A stretch of 64,000 nt of DNA, taken from Patescibacteria group bacterium (GTDB lineage: Bacteria > Pseudomonadota > Alphaproteobacteria > Micavibrionales > UBA2020). The notes beneath the pieces are model-generated. The model did not search any database, had not been told where the DNA came from, and saw only the letters and a program-made list of their open reading frames with translations. The translations under genes and the position numbers were made by a program. Below, in pieces: positions 8,843 to 16,959 of this stretch (position 1 is its first letter; each line of letters opens with the position of its first letter). The stretch covers positions 1,574 to 65,573 of the forward strand of contig DASPMW010000128.1 in the NCBI GenBank assembly GCA_035626855.1, given 5' to 3'.

Positions 8843-10891
8843 ATGGAAACGCATATCCAGGTCATCTACGGCGTCATCTTCGCGATCGTGATCATCGCGA
8901 TCCTGTTCAACTTCCTCGTCAACGTGGGGTCGAAGGAAATCGCGATCATGGAGCAGCGCTTCTTCGGCAAGGAGCTCGATCCCGGCCACGTCTTCGCCAT
9001 GCAGGGCGAAGTGGGGCTCAAGGCGCATTACCTGTCGCCCGGCCTGCATGTCGTGCCCTGGCCGATCGTGCGCGTCGTGTACAAGCCCGATTTCCTCACC
9101 ATCGGCGCCGACGAGCTCGGCATTGTGGAAGCGACGGACGGGCAGGCGCTGTCCTCCGGCCGCATCTTCGCCGACGACCCTGCGGGCGAGACGCATAATA
9201 ATTTCCAGGACCCGCTCGCCTTCCTCGCCAATGGCGGAATCCGCGGCAAGCAGCTGCGCTTCCTGACCAACGGCACGTTCAAAATCAACCCTTATCTGTT
9301 CAAGGTCACGAAGATCAAGAAAACCTTCATCCCCGAAGGCTCGATCGGCGTGGTGACAGCCTCCGACGGCGCGCCGCTCGACCGCCTGCTCGGCCGCAGC
9401 GTCGCAGGGCACGACAACTTCCAGAAGGCCGAAAGCTTCCTGAAAAACGGCGGCCAGAAAGGCCCGCAGATCGATTTCCTGCGCCCCGGCACCTATAACA
9501 TCAACACCGAAATCTTCCGCGTCGAAGTGCGCGAAGCGGTGAAGATCGCGGAAAACGAAATCGGCGTCGTCGATTCACGCGACGGCCTACCCATGAACGA
9601 ACATGAAGTCGTCGTGCAGACGCCCGAAAGCCACGGCAATTTCCAGGACGGCGAGGCCTTCCTCAAAAACGGCGGCCAGCGCGGCCCGCAGGAAGCTATC
9701 CTCACGCCCGGCACCTATTACATCAACCCCTACCTGTTCTCCGTCACCAAGCACAAGCAGACGATGATCAAGCAGGGCGAGGTCGGCGTGATGATCTCCA
9801 ACATCGGCCGCGACCCCAGCGAATACCAGTCGCCCGACAAGCCGAACGAGGATGCCTCCGATGACAAGGGCCGCACGCGCCATGTCGTCAGCCGGGGTTT
9901 CCGCGGCATCCAGCGCGAAGTGCTTGGCCCCGGCTCCTACAACATCAACCCGCTCGCCTATTTCGTGATCATCATCCCGACCGTCACGCGCTCTGTCGAA
10001 TGGAGCGCGGAGGCCAACCAGGCGGCGGGCGCCGCGAGCTTCGATCCGTTCGAGGTCGTCTCCCATGACGGCTTCCCGATGAAGGTCGAAGTGCGCTGCC
10101 AGTATCGCATCCTGCCCGAAAACGCGCCCTATGTGGTGCAGAAGATCGGCAGCGTCGCGCAGCTTGAATCGAACGTGCTGCATCCGCAGATCGACGGCAT
10201 CTTCCGCGCGCAAGTCGCGCGCAGCCCGGCAATCGCGTACCAGCAGAACCGCGCCGAAGAACAGAAAATGGCGGAGGAAGCGGTGCGCGTCGACCTCACG
10301 AAATACCGCGTCGATGTCGTCTCGGTCATGGTGACGAACATCCACCTGCCGGAGGCGCTGATGCGCACCACGCAGCAGAAGAACCTGGCCGAGCAGGAAA
10401 AATCGATGTACGACGCCAAGAAAGAGGCGGAAACGCGCCGCATCCAGTACGAAAAAACCAAGACCGAGGCCGACCAGCAGGTAAAGATCAGCGCGGCCGA
10501 AGCCGGCATCATGGTCGCGCAGCACGAAGCCAAGCAGACCGAAGAACGCGCCCGCGGCGACGCGGCGCGGGTCAGGATGCTCGCCGAAGCCGAAGCGCAG
10601 CGCACCAAGCAGATCGGCGACGCCGAAGCCTCGATCATCCAGGCGAAGGGCGAAGCGCAGGCCAAAGCCTATCGCGACCAGGCCAGCGCGCTCACCCCGT
10701 CGGGCGTTACCTCGGTCGAGATCATGAAGGCAATCTCCGTTGCCGGCCTGAAAATCACGCCCGATATCCTCGTCTCAAGCGCGAACAACGACGGCTCCGG
10801 CAACCCCAGCGGCGGCCTCGTCAACGTCCTCTTGGGCCGCATGCTGCAGGACCAGAAATCCGCGAACACCACGCCGGGGAAGGTCGCCTAA
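8843..10891 (+). CDS. flotillin-like SPFH/Band-7 family protein with N-terminal TM anchor
   Basis: 682 aa. N-terminal TM (VIYGVIFAIVIIAILFNFLV). Three tandem ~65-aa repeats (NFQDxxAFLxNGGxxGxQ..L.PGTY.INPYLF.V). C-terminal flotillin-type A/E/Q-rich coiled coil (EAQRTKQIGDAEASIIQAKGEAQAKAY). Confidence 0.75.
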   Translation: METHIQVIYGVIFAIVIIAILFNFLVNVGSKEIAIMEQRFFGKELDPGHVFAMQGEVGLKAHYLSPGLHVVPWPIVRVVYKPDFLTIGADELGIVEATDGQALSSGRIFADDPAGETHNNFQDPLAFLANGGIRGKQLRFLTNGTFKINPYLFKVTKIKKTFIPEGSIGVVTASDGAPLDRLLGRSVAGHDNFQKAESFLKNGGQKGPQIDFLRPGTYNINTEIFRVEVREAVKIAENEIGVVDSRDGLPMNEHEVVVQTPESHGNFQDGEAFLKNGGQRGPQEAILTPGTYYINPYLFSVTKHKQTMIKQGEVGVMISNIGRDPSEYQSPDKPNEDASDDKGRTRHVVSRGFRGIQREVLGPGSYNINPLAYFVIIIPTVTRSVEWSAEANQAAGAASFDPFEVVSHDGFPMKVEVRCQYRILPENAPYVVQKIGSVAQLESNVLHPQIDGIFRAQVARSPAIAYQQNRAEEQKMAEEAVRVDLTKYRVDVVSVMVTNIHLPEALMRTTQQKNLAEQEKSMYDAKKEAETRRIQYEKTKTEADQQVKISAAEAGIMVAQHEAKQTEERARGDAARVRMLAEAEAQRTKQIGDAEASIIQAKGEAQAKAYRDQASALTPSGVTSVEIMKAISVAGLKITPDILVSSANNDGSGNPSGGLVNVLLGRMLQDQKSANTTPGKVA

Positions 10892-10897
10892 ATAAAT

Positions 10898-11070
10898 CCT
10901 TCTCCCTCTGGGAGAAGGCGGGGCCAGCCGCCCTCAAAGCGCGAGCATCGCTCGCGGGCTGGGAGAGGATGAGGGTACTTCCTGGGCGTCGCGTATTGAC
11001 GCCAGCCAAGTACTCTCACCTTACCGTCGCAAGCGCGACGGGCCCCTTTCTGTCCCAGAGGGAGAGGAGG
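10898..11070. repeat. ~170-bp composite palindrome (family 3, GGGAGAGG / GAGGGTACT motifs)
   Basis: Left arm ccttctccctctgggagaagg...gggagaggatgagggtact mirrors right arm agtactctcacc...tcccagagggagaggagg. It fills the gap between the convergent genes ending at 10891 and 11088. Confidence 0.7.
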
Positions 11071-11087
11071 ATTCAGCAAAGCCGCCC

Positions 11088-11711
11088 CTACATCGCGTTT
11101 GCAAATTTCTTCGCCGCCGGTCCCTTTTGCAAGGACGCAGGCGCGGCATTCATTTTTCCGGCGCGGGCGGCGTCAAAGGCGATCGCGACGGAAGAAACTT
11201 TGGAAACAGCGGGGGGCTGGGTTTCAGGCGCGACGCCTACTGCCACCCCAAGCGCGACCGCCAGAGTCGCGCCGCCCGTTGCGAGCGCGCTCGCAGGGCG
11301 GAAATAGGTGATCATCTCCCGTTCGAAATCAAAGTACAGGTTCACGGCCGCGCTCGCTGCGAGAAGGCCCGCACCGCCTAGAACGGCGAGGCCGGCCGCG
11401 CCCGCGACAAAACCGGCCGCCGCAACACCGGCCGCGGCGAGCAGCCCCGTGCCGAAGGCGACCACTGACAACGCGGCCATCGCCCCTTGCGACGCAACGG
11501 GAATGAGCGGCAGCACATAGCTGGCCGCGGCGACGACCGCGCCGATCACCCCGGCGCCCGCGAGGCCCACAATGGCGGAGGCGATGCGATCCGACCAGCG
11601 CTTCTGATGACGCAGATGCGCCTTGTATTCGGGTGTGTAATCGGTGAAGGGTTTGCCGTCACGCATCGTAGTGACGTATTTTTTCAGCGCGGGTTTTTCT
11701 GTTGCAGGCAT
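11088..11711 (-). CDS. hypothetical Gly/Ala-rich multi-pass membrane protein
   Basis: ORF track 11088-11726 (GTG). The ATG at 11711 has AAGGAA five nt upstream. Cytoplasmic N-terminus, then GLAGAGVIGAVVAAA-type hydrophobic segments. No family recognised. Confidence 0.5.
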   Translation of the reverse strand: MPATEKPALKKYVTTMRDGKPFTDYTPEYKAHLRHQKRWSDRIASAIVGLAGAGVIGAVVAAASYVLPLIPVASQGAMAALSVVAFGTGLLAAAGVAAAGFVAGAAGLAVLGGAGLLAASAAVNLYFDFEREMITYFRPASALATGGATLAVALGVAVGVAPETQPPAVSKVSSVAIAFDAARAGKMNAAPASLQKGPAAKKFANAM

Positions 11712-12019
11712 GTTCGTTCCTTTCACGGGGCAGCGTTACAATGAAGATGCCGGGAAAGGGATGCGCTTGCGCGGAGGCTTCTACATCAACAACCCTGAAC
11801 ATCTCGAAAGTTCATGGCTGTTGTGGCAGTCGTACTGTGTTTCTCCAGGTGTGAAACAGTCTCAAAAACCACGCTGGCACAAGTTGTACGCTTGCAGGGT
11901 TAGACTAGCGCAGATTCTGGATTATGGCAACTGGAATATGCGGGGATAACAAGTTCTCTTGCCAGTTATGGTCTGCCTTGGGAGAGGGGATAAGAGCGCG
12001 AGCATTTTCACACGTAGGG

Positions 12020-12130
12020 CCACCCCGGCGAAGGCCGGGGCCCACGGACATGGCAGCGTGATCCGTAACTTCTGCAGCCTGTTCCGCACCCGCATGCGCA
12101 GTCCGTGGACCCCGGCCTTCGCCGGGGTGG
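12020..12130. repeat. 29-bp near-perfect inverted repeat (family 2, CCCCGGCGAAGGCCGGGG core) with 53-nt spacer
   Basis: ccaccccggcgaaggccggggcccacgga (12020-12048) against tccgtggaccccggccttcgccggggtgg (12102-12130), one mismatch. Each arm also contains its own 7-bp mini-hairpin. Weaker outer symmetry extends to ~11980 and ~12170. Confidence 0.8.
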
Positions 12131-12269
12131 CGGAGTGGCGAGCGGTGAGATTGCCGCGCTTCTCTGTGCGGTCTTTCTCGAGAAGACAGGGAAGCGCGCG
12201 CGGGATGACGTGATGGCGGGCGGCACTGCCGCTGTTGCGTTTATCCCGGCCTCGCGGTAAAAATAACCC

Positions 12270-12626
12270 ATGGGAAAACTCACCACGCATATTCTCGACA
12301 CCGCGCATGGCTGCCCCGCGAACGGGGTGCGCTTGCGGCTGTTCCGCATCGGCGCGGGCGGGGCGGAGACGTTGCTGGTCGCGACCAAGACCAATGCCGA
12401 CGGCCGGGCCGATGCCCCCCTTTTGGCCGACAAGGATTTCAAGCCCGGCACGTACCGGCTGGAATTCGAGGCGGGAAAGTATTTTCGCCGCATGGGGGTC
12501 GAGCTGCCCAAGATCCCGTTCCTCGATCTCATTACTATCCATTTCGGCATCAGCGACGGCGAGGCGCATTACCACGTTCCGCTGCTCGTCTCGCCCTACA
12601 GCTACAGCACCTATCGCGGTAGCTGA
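12270..12626 (+). CDS. hiuH: 5-hydroxyisourate hydrolase (transthyretin-like)
   Basis: 118 aa. LTTHILDTAHGCPANGV near the N-terminus, HYHVPLLVSPYSYSTYRGS at the C-terminus. Confidence 0.9.
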   Translation: MGKLTTHILDTAHGCPANGVRLRLFRIGAGGAETLLVATKTNADGRADAPLLADKDFKPGTYRLEFEAGKYFRRMGVELPKIPFLDLITIHFGISDGEAHYHVPLLVSPYSYSTYRGS

Positions 12627-12812
12627 TTTCGCAATGAGGCTGCGGAGGGCCAGGAAGAGGCCGGCGATGGACCGCAAGAACGATTTTATGAGACTTTTTG
12701 CTTCTTCCCTGTTCATCCTGTCCTCCTTCCATCTTCTCTCAGGCTATCAGAGGTAGGGGAACAAGTCAAGAACAAGTTGCGGTATAAGCAATAATGCATT
12801 TCGCCCAGTGGC

Positions 12813-14279
12813 TTAGGTGAACATCGTCTTGTAGTGGCGATACCAGTCGCTCTGGAATATTTCCCGGGAATCGATGCGGCGTTTTTCCGCCAGCAGTTCG
12901 GGCAGTAGCGGATAGGCTTTCAGCACCTGGTCCTTGCGCGCCCAGCGGTGATAGGTCAGGTAATAACTTCCGCCCGCCGCGAGCGCGATATCGTACAGCG
13001 CCTGGAAATCCTGCTTCGCCTTTTCGATGCCGGCGTCGCTATGCACGATGTAGAGATTGAAAATAATGCAGGCGTAATCCTGCTTCGCCCACGGCAAAAA
13101 GCTTTCATCGTCGCGTTCGATAAACCGCACGGTGCCGTAGATGATATCCATGCCGCGTTTCAGCGCTTCGGCGCGGAATTTTTCCATGCTCTCGAAGAAT
13201 TTGTCGCGCGGCACGTAGACTTCGCTTAGCATCAGCGACGATCCCGCCTTCTCCCCGCGCTCTTTTGCGAATTGCTTATTGAATTCTTTCAGGTAAATGC
13301 CGGTCTGGTGCGCATCCGACCAGTAAACCTGCCCGTTCGTCGCGAGGTAATGGTCGCGATAGACCTGGTAGGCCTTCTGTTTATCCAGATGGGCGAGGCG
13401 GTAAAGATCCTGCCAGGCCTTTAATCCCAGATCGTGCGAAGCTTCCGACAGCGGCGTGTCATCCGCAACCGGCACATAGCAGGAAAAAATGCCGCGGCGC
13501 ATGAAATCATCATGTTTCTCGTCGGTCATGTACTGGAAATCGCCGTACAAATAGCCGTTTTTCACGCGGTCCGAGACGGCCTCCATCAATTTGTCGGTCG
13601 TGGTTATTTCAACGACGCGGCGCAATTTTATGCGGTTCCCGAGGCGCAGCGTGATCGTCCCGACCGCGCCGAACAACCCGTATCCGCCGATCACCTTTTT
13701 GAAAAGATCATGATTTTCATCGCGGCTACAGGTGATGATATTTCCGTCCGGTTTCACCAGCGTGAAGGATATAACATCGCTGATCAGCGGCTTTTTCGTC
13801 AGGCTGCGGCCGTGGATGTTGGAGGCGAGCGCGCCGCCTAATGTGAGTTCATCTGCGCCAGTCTGCTTCTGGATGATGCAAAGCTCCGGCGCGTTTTTCT
13901 GCAGATATTCCATCAGCTGCGGCCACATCACGCCGGCGTCGAGCGTCACGGTTTTTGCGGTTTTATCGACGCTGTGGATTTTGTTCATTTTCGTCGTGTC
14001 GATGAGCGTCGTGATGCGCCCGAACTGCTGCCCGCCCATCGCATGCCGCGCGCCGCAGATGCTCAGCAGGTGGCCGGAATCATGGGCCTTTTTGACGATG
14101 GCCTGCAGTTCATCGACATTTTTGGGCGTCGCGATCGCGCGGACGGTCGTCGGGTTCAGCTGCGAATGAACGTCATTCACTTCGATGTCCGCGACATCGG
14201 CCAGGATTTTTCGCGGCTGCAGCAGCGGCGCGGCGGTCGCGAGCGCGGCGGTGGTTTTTAAAAATTCACGGCGCTTCAT
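12813..14279 (-). CDS. Tat-exported FAD-binding (PCMH-type) oxidoreductase
   Basis: 488 aa. Twin-arginine signal MKRREFLKTTAALATAAPLL. FAD-binding region ICGARHAMGGQQFG and GGYGLFG. Confidence 0.7.
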   Translation of the reverse strand: MKRREFLKTTAALATAAPLLQPRKILADVADIEVNDVHSQLNPTTVRAIATPKNVDELQAIVKKAHDSGHLLSICGARHAMGGQQFGRITTLIDTTKMNKIHSVDKTAKTVTLDAGVMWPQLMEYLQKNAPELCIIQKQTGADELTLGGALASNIHGRSLTKKPLISDVISFTLVKPDGNIITCSRDENHDLFKKVIGGYGLFGAVGTITLRLGNRIKLRRVVEITTTDKLMEAVSDRVKNGYLYGDFQYMTDEKHDDFMRRGIFSCYVPVADDTPLSEASHDLGLKAWQDLYRLAHLDKQKAYQVYRDHYLATNGQVYWSDAHQTGIYLKEFNKQFAKERGEKAGSSLMLSEVYVPRDKFFESMEKFRAEALKRGMDIIYGTVRFIERDDESFLPWAKQDYACIIFNLYIVHSDAGIEKAKQDFQALYDIALAAGGSYYLTYHRWARKDQVLKAYPLLPELLAEKRRIDSREIFQSDWYRHYKTMFT

Positions 14280-14902
14280 TCTTCGCTCCGCAAAAAATGC
14301 TTGGCCGACAGGAAAATCAGGTAGATAGCGATAAACTGGACGACGTGAAACAGTGCGTTGTGGTCGAAATAGGTTGGGTGTATCCCGATCTTAAGACTTT
14401 GAAGCAACGCGCCCAAAAACGTCAGCAGCAGACCGGCGATGCCGAGCAACACCGGTGGCGCAGGTTGCCTGCGGTAAAACACGATATATCCGACAAGCAT
14501 GAACATCGTTGCCGGCAGGTAATTCAGCAAAGCTGCCGAAAAGGGTGTGTCCTCTCGCGAGATATACCAGCAGTAAAAAACCAGTTCCGCGAGCGCCGCG
14601 CGCTGCGCAACCGCCGCCCATTTCGGGCGCAACAGCAGCAGCGCGCCGATTGACCAGCCCGCGAGCGCCATCACGCCGAGCGATGCCAGCACGACCAGCC
14701 ATAAATTCTGCTGCGTCTCCCCCTCCGGAAAAAAGCCATGCACCAGCCCGCCCGCGAGCGCGCCGACGCCGATGCCGCCGAACATGAGGAAGAAGGCGGT
14801 GCGCATTTGCCCCGCCGGTGCTGTGCGCAAACACCAGGCAACCGCGGCGCATTCGAACGCGACGATAAAATCGGTGAGGGTAACGGCCGGTTCGAGCATC
14901 AT
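14276..14902 (-). CDS. hypothetical 7-TM membrane protein
   Basis: 208 aa, about seven hydrophobic segments, conserved-looking HPTYFDHNALFH near the last helices. Its stop overlaps the start of the downstream FAD oxidase by 4 nt. Confidence 0.6.
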   Translation of the reverse strand: MMLEPAVTLTDFIVAFECAAVAWCLRTAPAGQMRTAFFLMFGGIGVGALAGGLVHGFFPEGETQQNLWLVVLASLGVMALAGWSIGALLLLRPKWAAVAQRAALAELVFYCWYISREDTPFSAALLNYLPATMFMLVGYIVFYRRQPAPPVLLGIAGLLLTFLGALLQSLKIGIHPTYFDHNALFHVVQFIAIYLIFLSAKHFLRSEE

Positions 14903-15023
14903 GGCCCCAGTTTAACCCGCCGCGGCTGACTTGTAAAATACTGACAAATAACATTATTTTAACTGCTGTCCCCGATTTCGGCCTGTGCTATACAGCCCCT
15001 ACCCATAAAACAGGACAAGCCAT

Positions 15024-16295
15024 ATGAGCAAAACCGCGCCGAAGGGCATTTTTGCGGAAATGACGCAGGACCGCGTCGTGACGCTGACGATCATCGTCGC
15101 CGCGCTCGGCTATTTCGTCGACGTCTTCGACCTTTTGCTGTTCAACATCCTGCGCGTGCCGAGCCTGAAAGACCTGGGCGTGCCGGACGAAAAGCTGCTG
15201 GAGGAGGGCGTGTTCCTGCTGAACGCGCAGATGGCGGGGCTGCTGGCGGGCGGATTTTTGTGGGGCATCGCGGGCGACAAGTTGGGGCGGCTGTCGGTGC
15301 TGTTCGGCTCGATCGTGCTCTATTCGGCGGGCAGCATCGCCAATGCCTATATCACGAGCGTCGACCAATACGCCCTTATCCGTTTCCTGACCGGCATCGG
15401 CCTCGCGGGGGAACTGGGCGTCGGCGTCACGCTCGCCTCCGAACTGCTGCCGAAACGCTCGCGCGGCCTCGGCACCACGGTCATCGCGAGCATCGGTGTG
15501 CTGGGCGCGACTTTTGCAGGCGTGCTCGTCAATTACGTCACCTGGCGCCATGCCTACCTGATCGGCGGGCTGATGGGCTTCGCCCTGCTGCTGCTGCGCA
15601 TCGGCGTGAAGGAGTCGGGCATGTTCAAGCGCGTGCTGGAGCAGGGGGAAAAGGTCGTGCGCGGCAATATGCTGATGTTCTTCCAGAACTGGGACCTGTT
15701 CCGCCGCTATATGGCGGTCCTCATGATTGGCGCGCCGCTCTGGTGCACGGTCGGGATTTTCATCACGCTCACGCCGGAATTCGCCAAAGACCTCGGCATG
15801 GCCGACCCGCTGCCGACCGCCGCTAACGCGGTCATGTATTGCTATATCGGCATCGCCCTCGGCGATGTGCTGTCCGGGCTCATGAGCCAGTGGCTGCAGA
15901 GCCGTCGCAAGTCGATTTTCGTCTCGCTGGTCATGCTCACCGTCGCGACCGTCCTCTACACGCAACTGGGCGGCAGCTCGCCGACCATCTACTACTGGCT
16001 GTGCTTCTTCATGGGCCTTGGCGCGGGATACTGGGCGATGTTTGTGCAGGTGGGGGCGGAGCAATTCGGCACCAACCTGCGCGCGACCGCCGCGACCTCG
16101 GTGCCGAACGTCGCGCGCGGGGTTACCATTCCGGTCACGCTCGCCTTCCGCGCGCTCATCCCTGCGCTCGGCATCACGGGCAGCGGAATTGCCGTATTCG
16201 CGGGCGTCATGGCCTGCGCTTTCGCGGGGCTGTGGCTCATGAAAGAGACGTTCCATGACGATCTCGACTATGTGGAACAGCGCAAAAAGAAGTGA
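15024..16295 (+). CDS. MFS transporter
   Basis: 423 aa, 12 predicted hydrophobic segments, MFS loop motif GDKLGRLSV between TM2 and TM3. Confidence 0.8.
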   Translation: MSKTAPKGIFAEMTQDRVVTLTIIVAALGYFVDVFDLLLFNILRVPSLKDLGVPDEKLLEEGVFLLNAQMAGLLAGGFLWGIAGDKLGRLSVLFGSIVLYSAGSIANAYITSVDQYALIRFLTGIGLAGELGVGVTLASELLPKRSRGLGTTVIASIGVLGATFAGVLVNYVTWRHAYLIGGLMGFALLLLRIGVKESGMFKRVLEQGEKVVRGNMLMFFQNWDLFRRYMAVLMIGAPLWCTVGIFITLTPEFAKDLGMADPLPTAANAVMYCYIGIALGDVLSGLMSQWLQSRRKSIFVSLVMLTVATVLYTQLGGSSPTIYYWLCFFMGLGAGYWAMFVQVGAEQFGTNLRATAATSVPNVARGVTIPVTLAFRALIPALGITGSGIAVFAGVMACAFAGLWLMKETFHDDLDYVEQRKKK

Positions 16296-16326
16296 TAGGC
16301 TGAACCGCCCTGACAGGAGCAGACAG

Positions 16327-16959
16327 ATGTTACGATTTGTTGCCTTTATCGCCGTCCTGCTGATGACGACTGCCGCGCAGGCCGGCGAATTCGCGGGCTA
16401 TCTGCGTGAGGTCACAGGCACGGCGACGATCGACCGGGGTGCGGGCGCGAAACCGCTGCATAAGGGCGACGATATCGCAGTGGGCGACAGGCTCGCGACC
16501 GGCAAGGACGGGCGCATCCGCATCGAATTCGCCGATGGCGGCGAACTGGTGCTGGCGCAGAACGGCAAGCTGACCGTGGACGAGTATGTCTATGACCCGA
16601 AAAAACCCAAAGAGGGCAAGGCCGAGATGACGGTGCTCGATACCGCTTTCGCCTTCACCGGCGGCTGGCTCGACAAGGGGCCGGCGCCCGACGTCAAAAT
16701 GAACCTCAATTTCGGCACGATCGGCGTGCGCGGCACGAAACTGCTGCGCGCCATGAACAAGGGCGAATGCTGGATCTACCTGCAGACGGGCGCGATCGAT
16801 GTCTACAACAAGGGCGGCAAGGTGAGCCTGAAACCCGGCGAAGGCACGATCATGACCGCGACAACGAAATCCCCCGCCGCGCCGCATATCTGGCCGAAGC
16901 GGGAAATCGACTGGATCCGCGGCGCCGTCGCCGGCGAAACAACCGAGTGGAAACCCTGA
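16327..16959 (+). CDS. secreted FecR-domain protein
   Basis: Signal peptide MLRFVAFIAVLLMTTAAQA from the ATG at 16327 (the ORF track starts earlier, at 16255). GDDIAVGDRLATGKDGRIRIEFADGGELVL is FecR-domain-like. Its stop overlaps the aceB start (TGATG). Confidence 0.6.
   Translation: MLRFVAFIAVLLMTTAAQAGEFAGYLREVTGTATIDRGAGAKPLHKGDDIAVGDRLATGKDGRIRIEFADGGELVLAQNGKLTVDEYVYDPKKPKEGKAEMTVLDTAFAFTGGWLDKGPAPDVKMNLNFGTIGVRGTKLLRAMNKGECWIYLQTGAIDVYNKGGKVSLKPGEGTIMTATTKSPAAPHIWPKREIDWIRGAVAGETTEWKP

Noticed and set aside
11922-12716. 264-aa minus-strand ORF with a strong SD (GGAGG 7 nt upstream of the ATG at 12716) and a plausible amphipathic N-terminus.
   Set aside because: From 12626 downward it is antisense to the unmistakable 5-hydroxyisourate hydrolase gene, and it then reads through the family-2 inverted repeat. 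Only the first ~30 codons lie outside hiuH and no stop follows them, so I treat the SD as coincidental.
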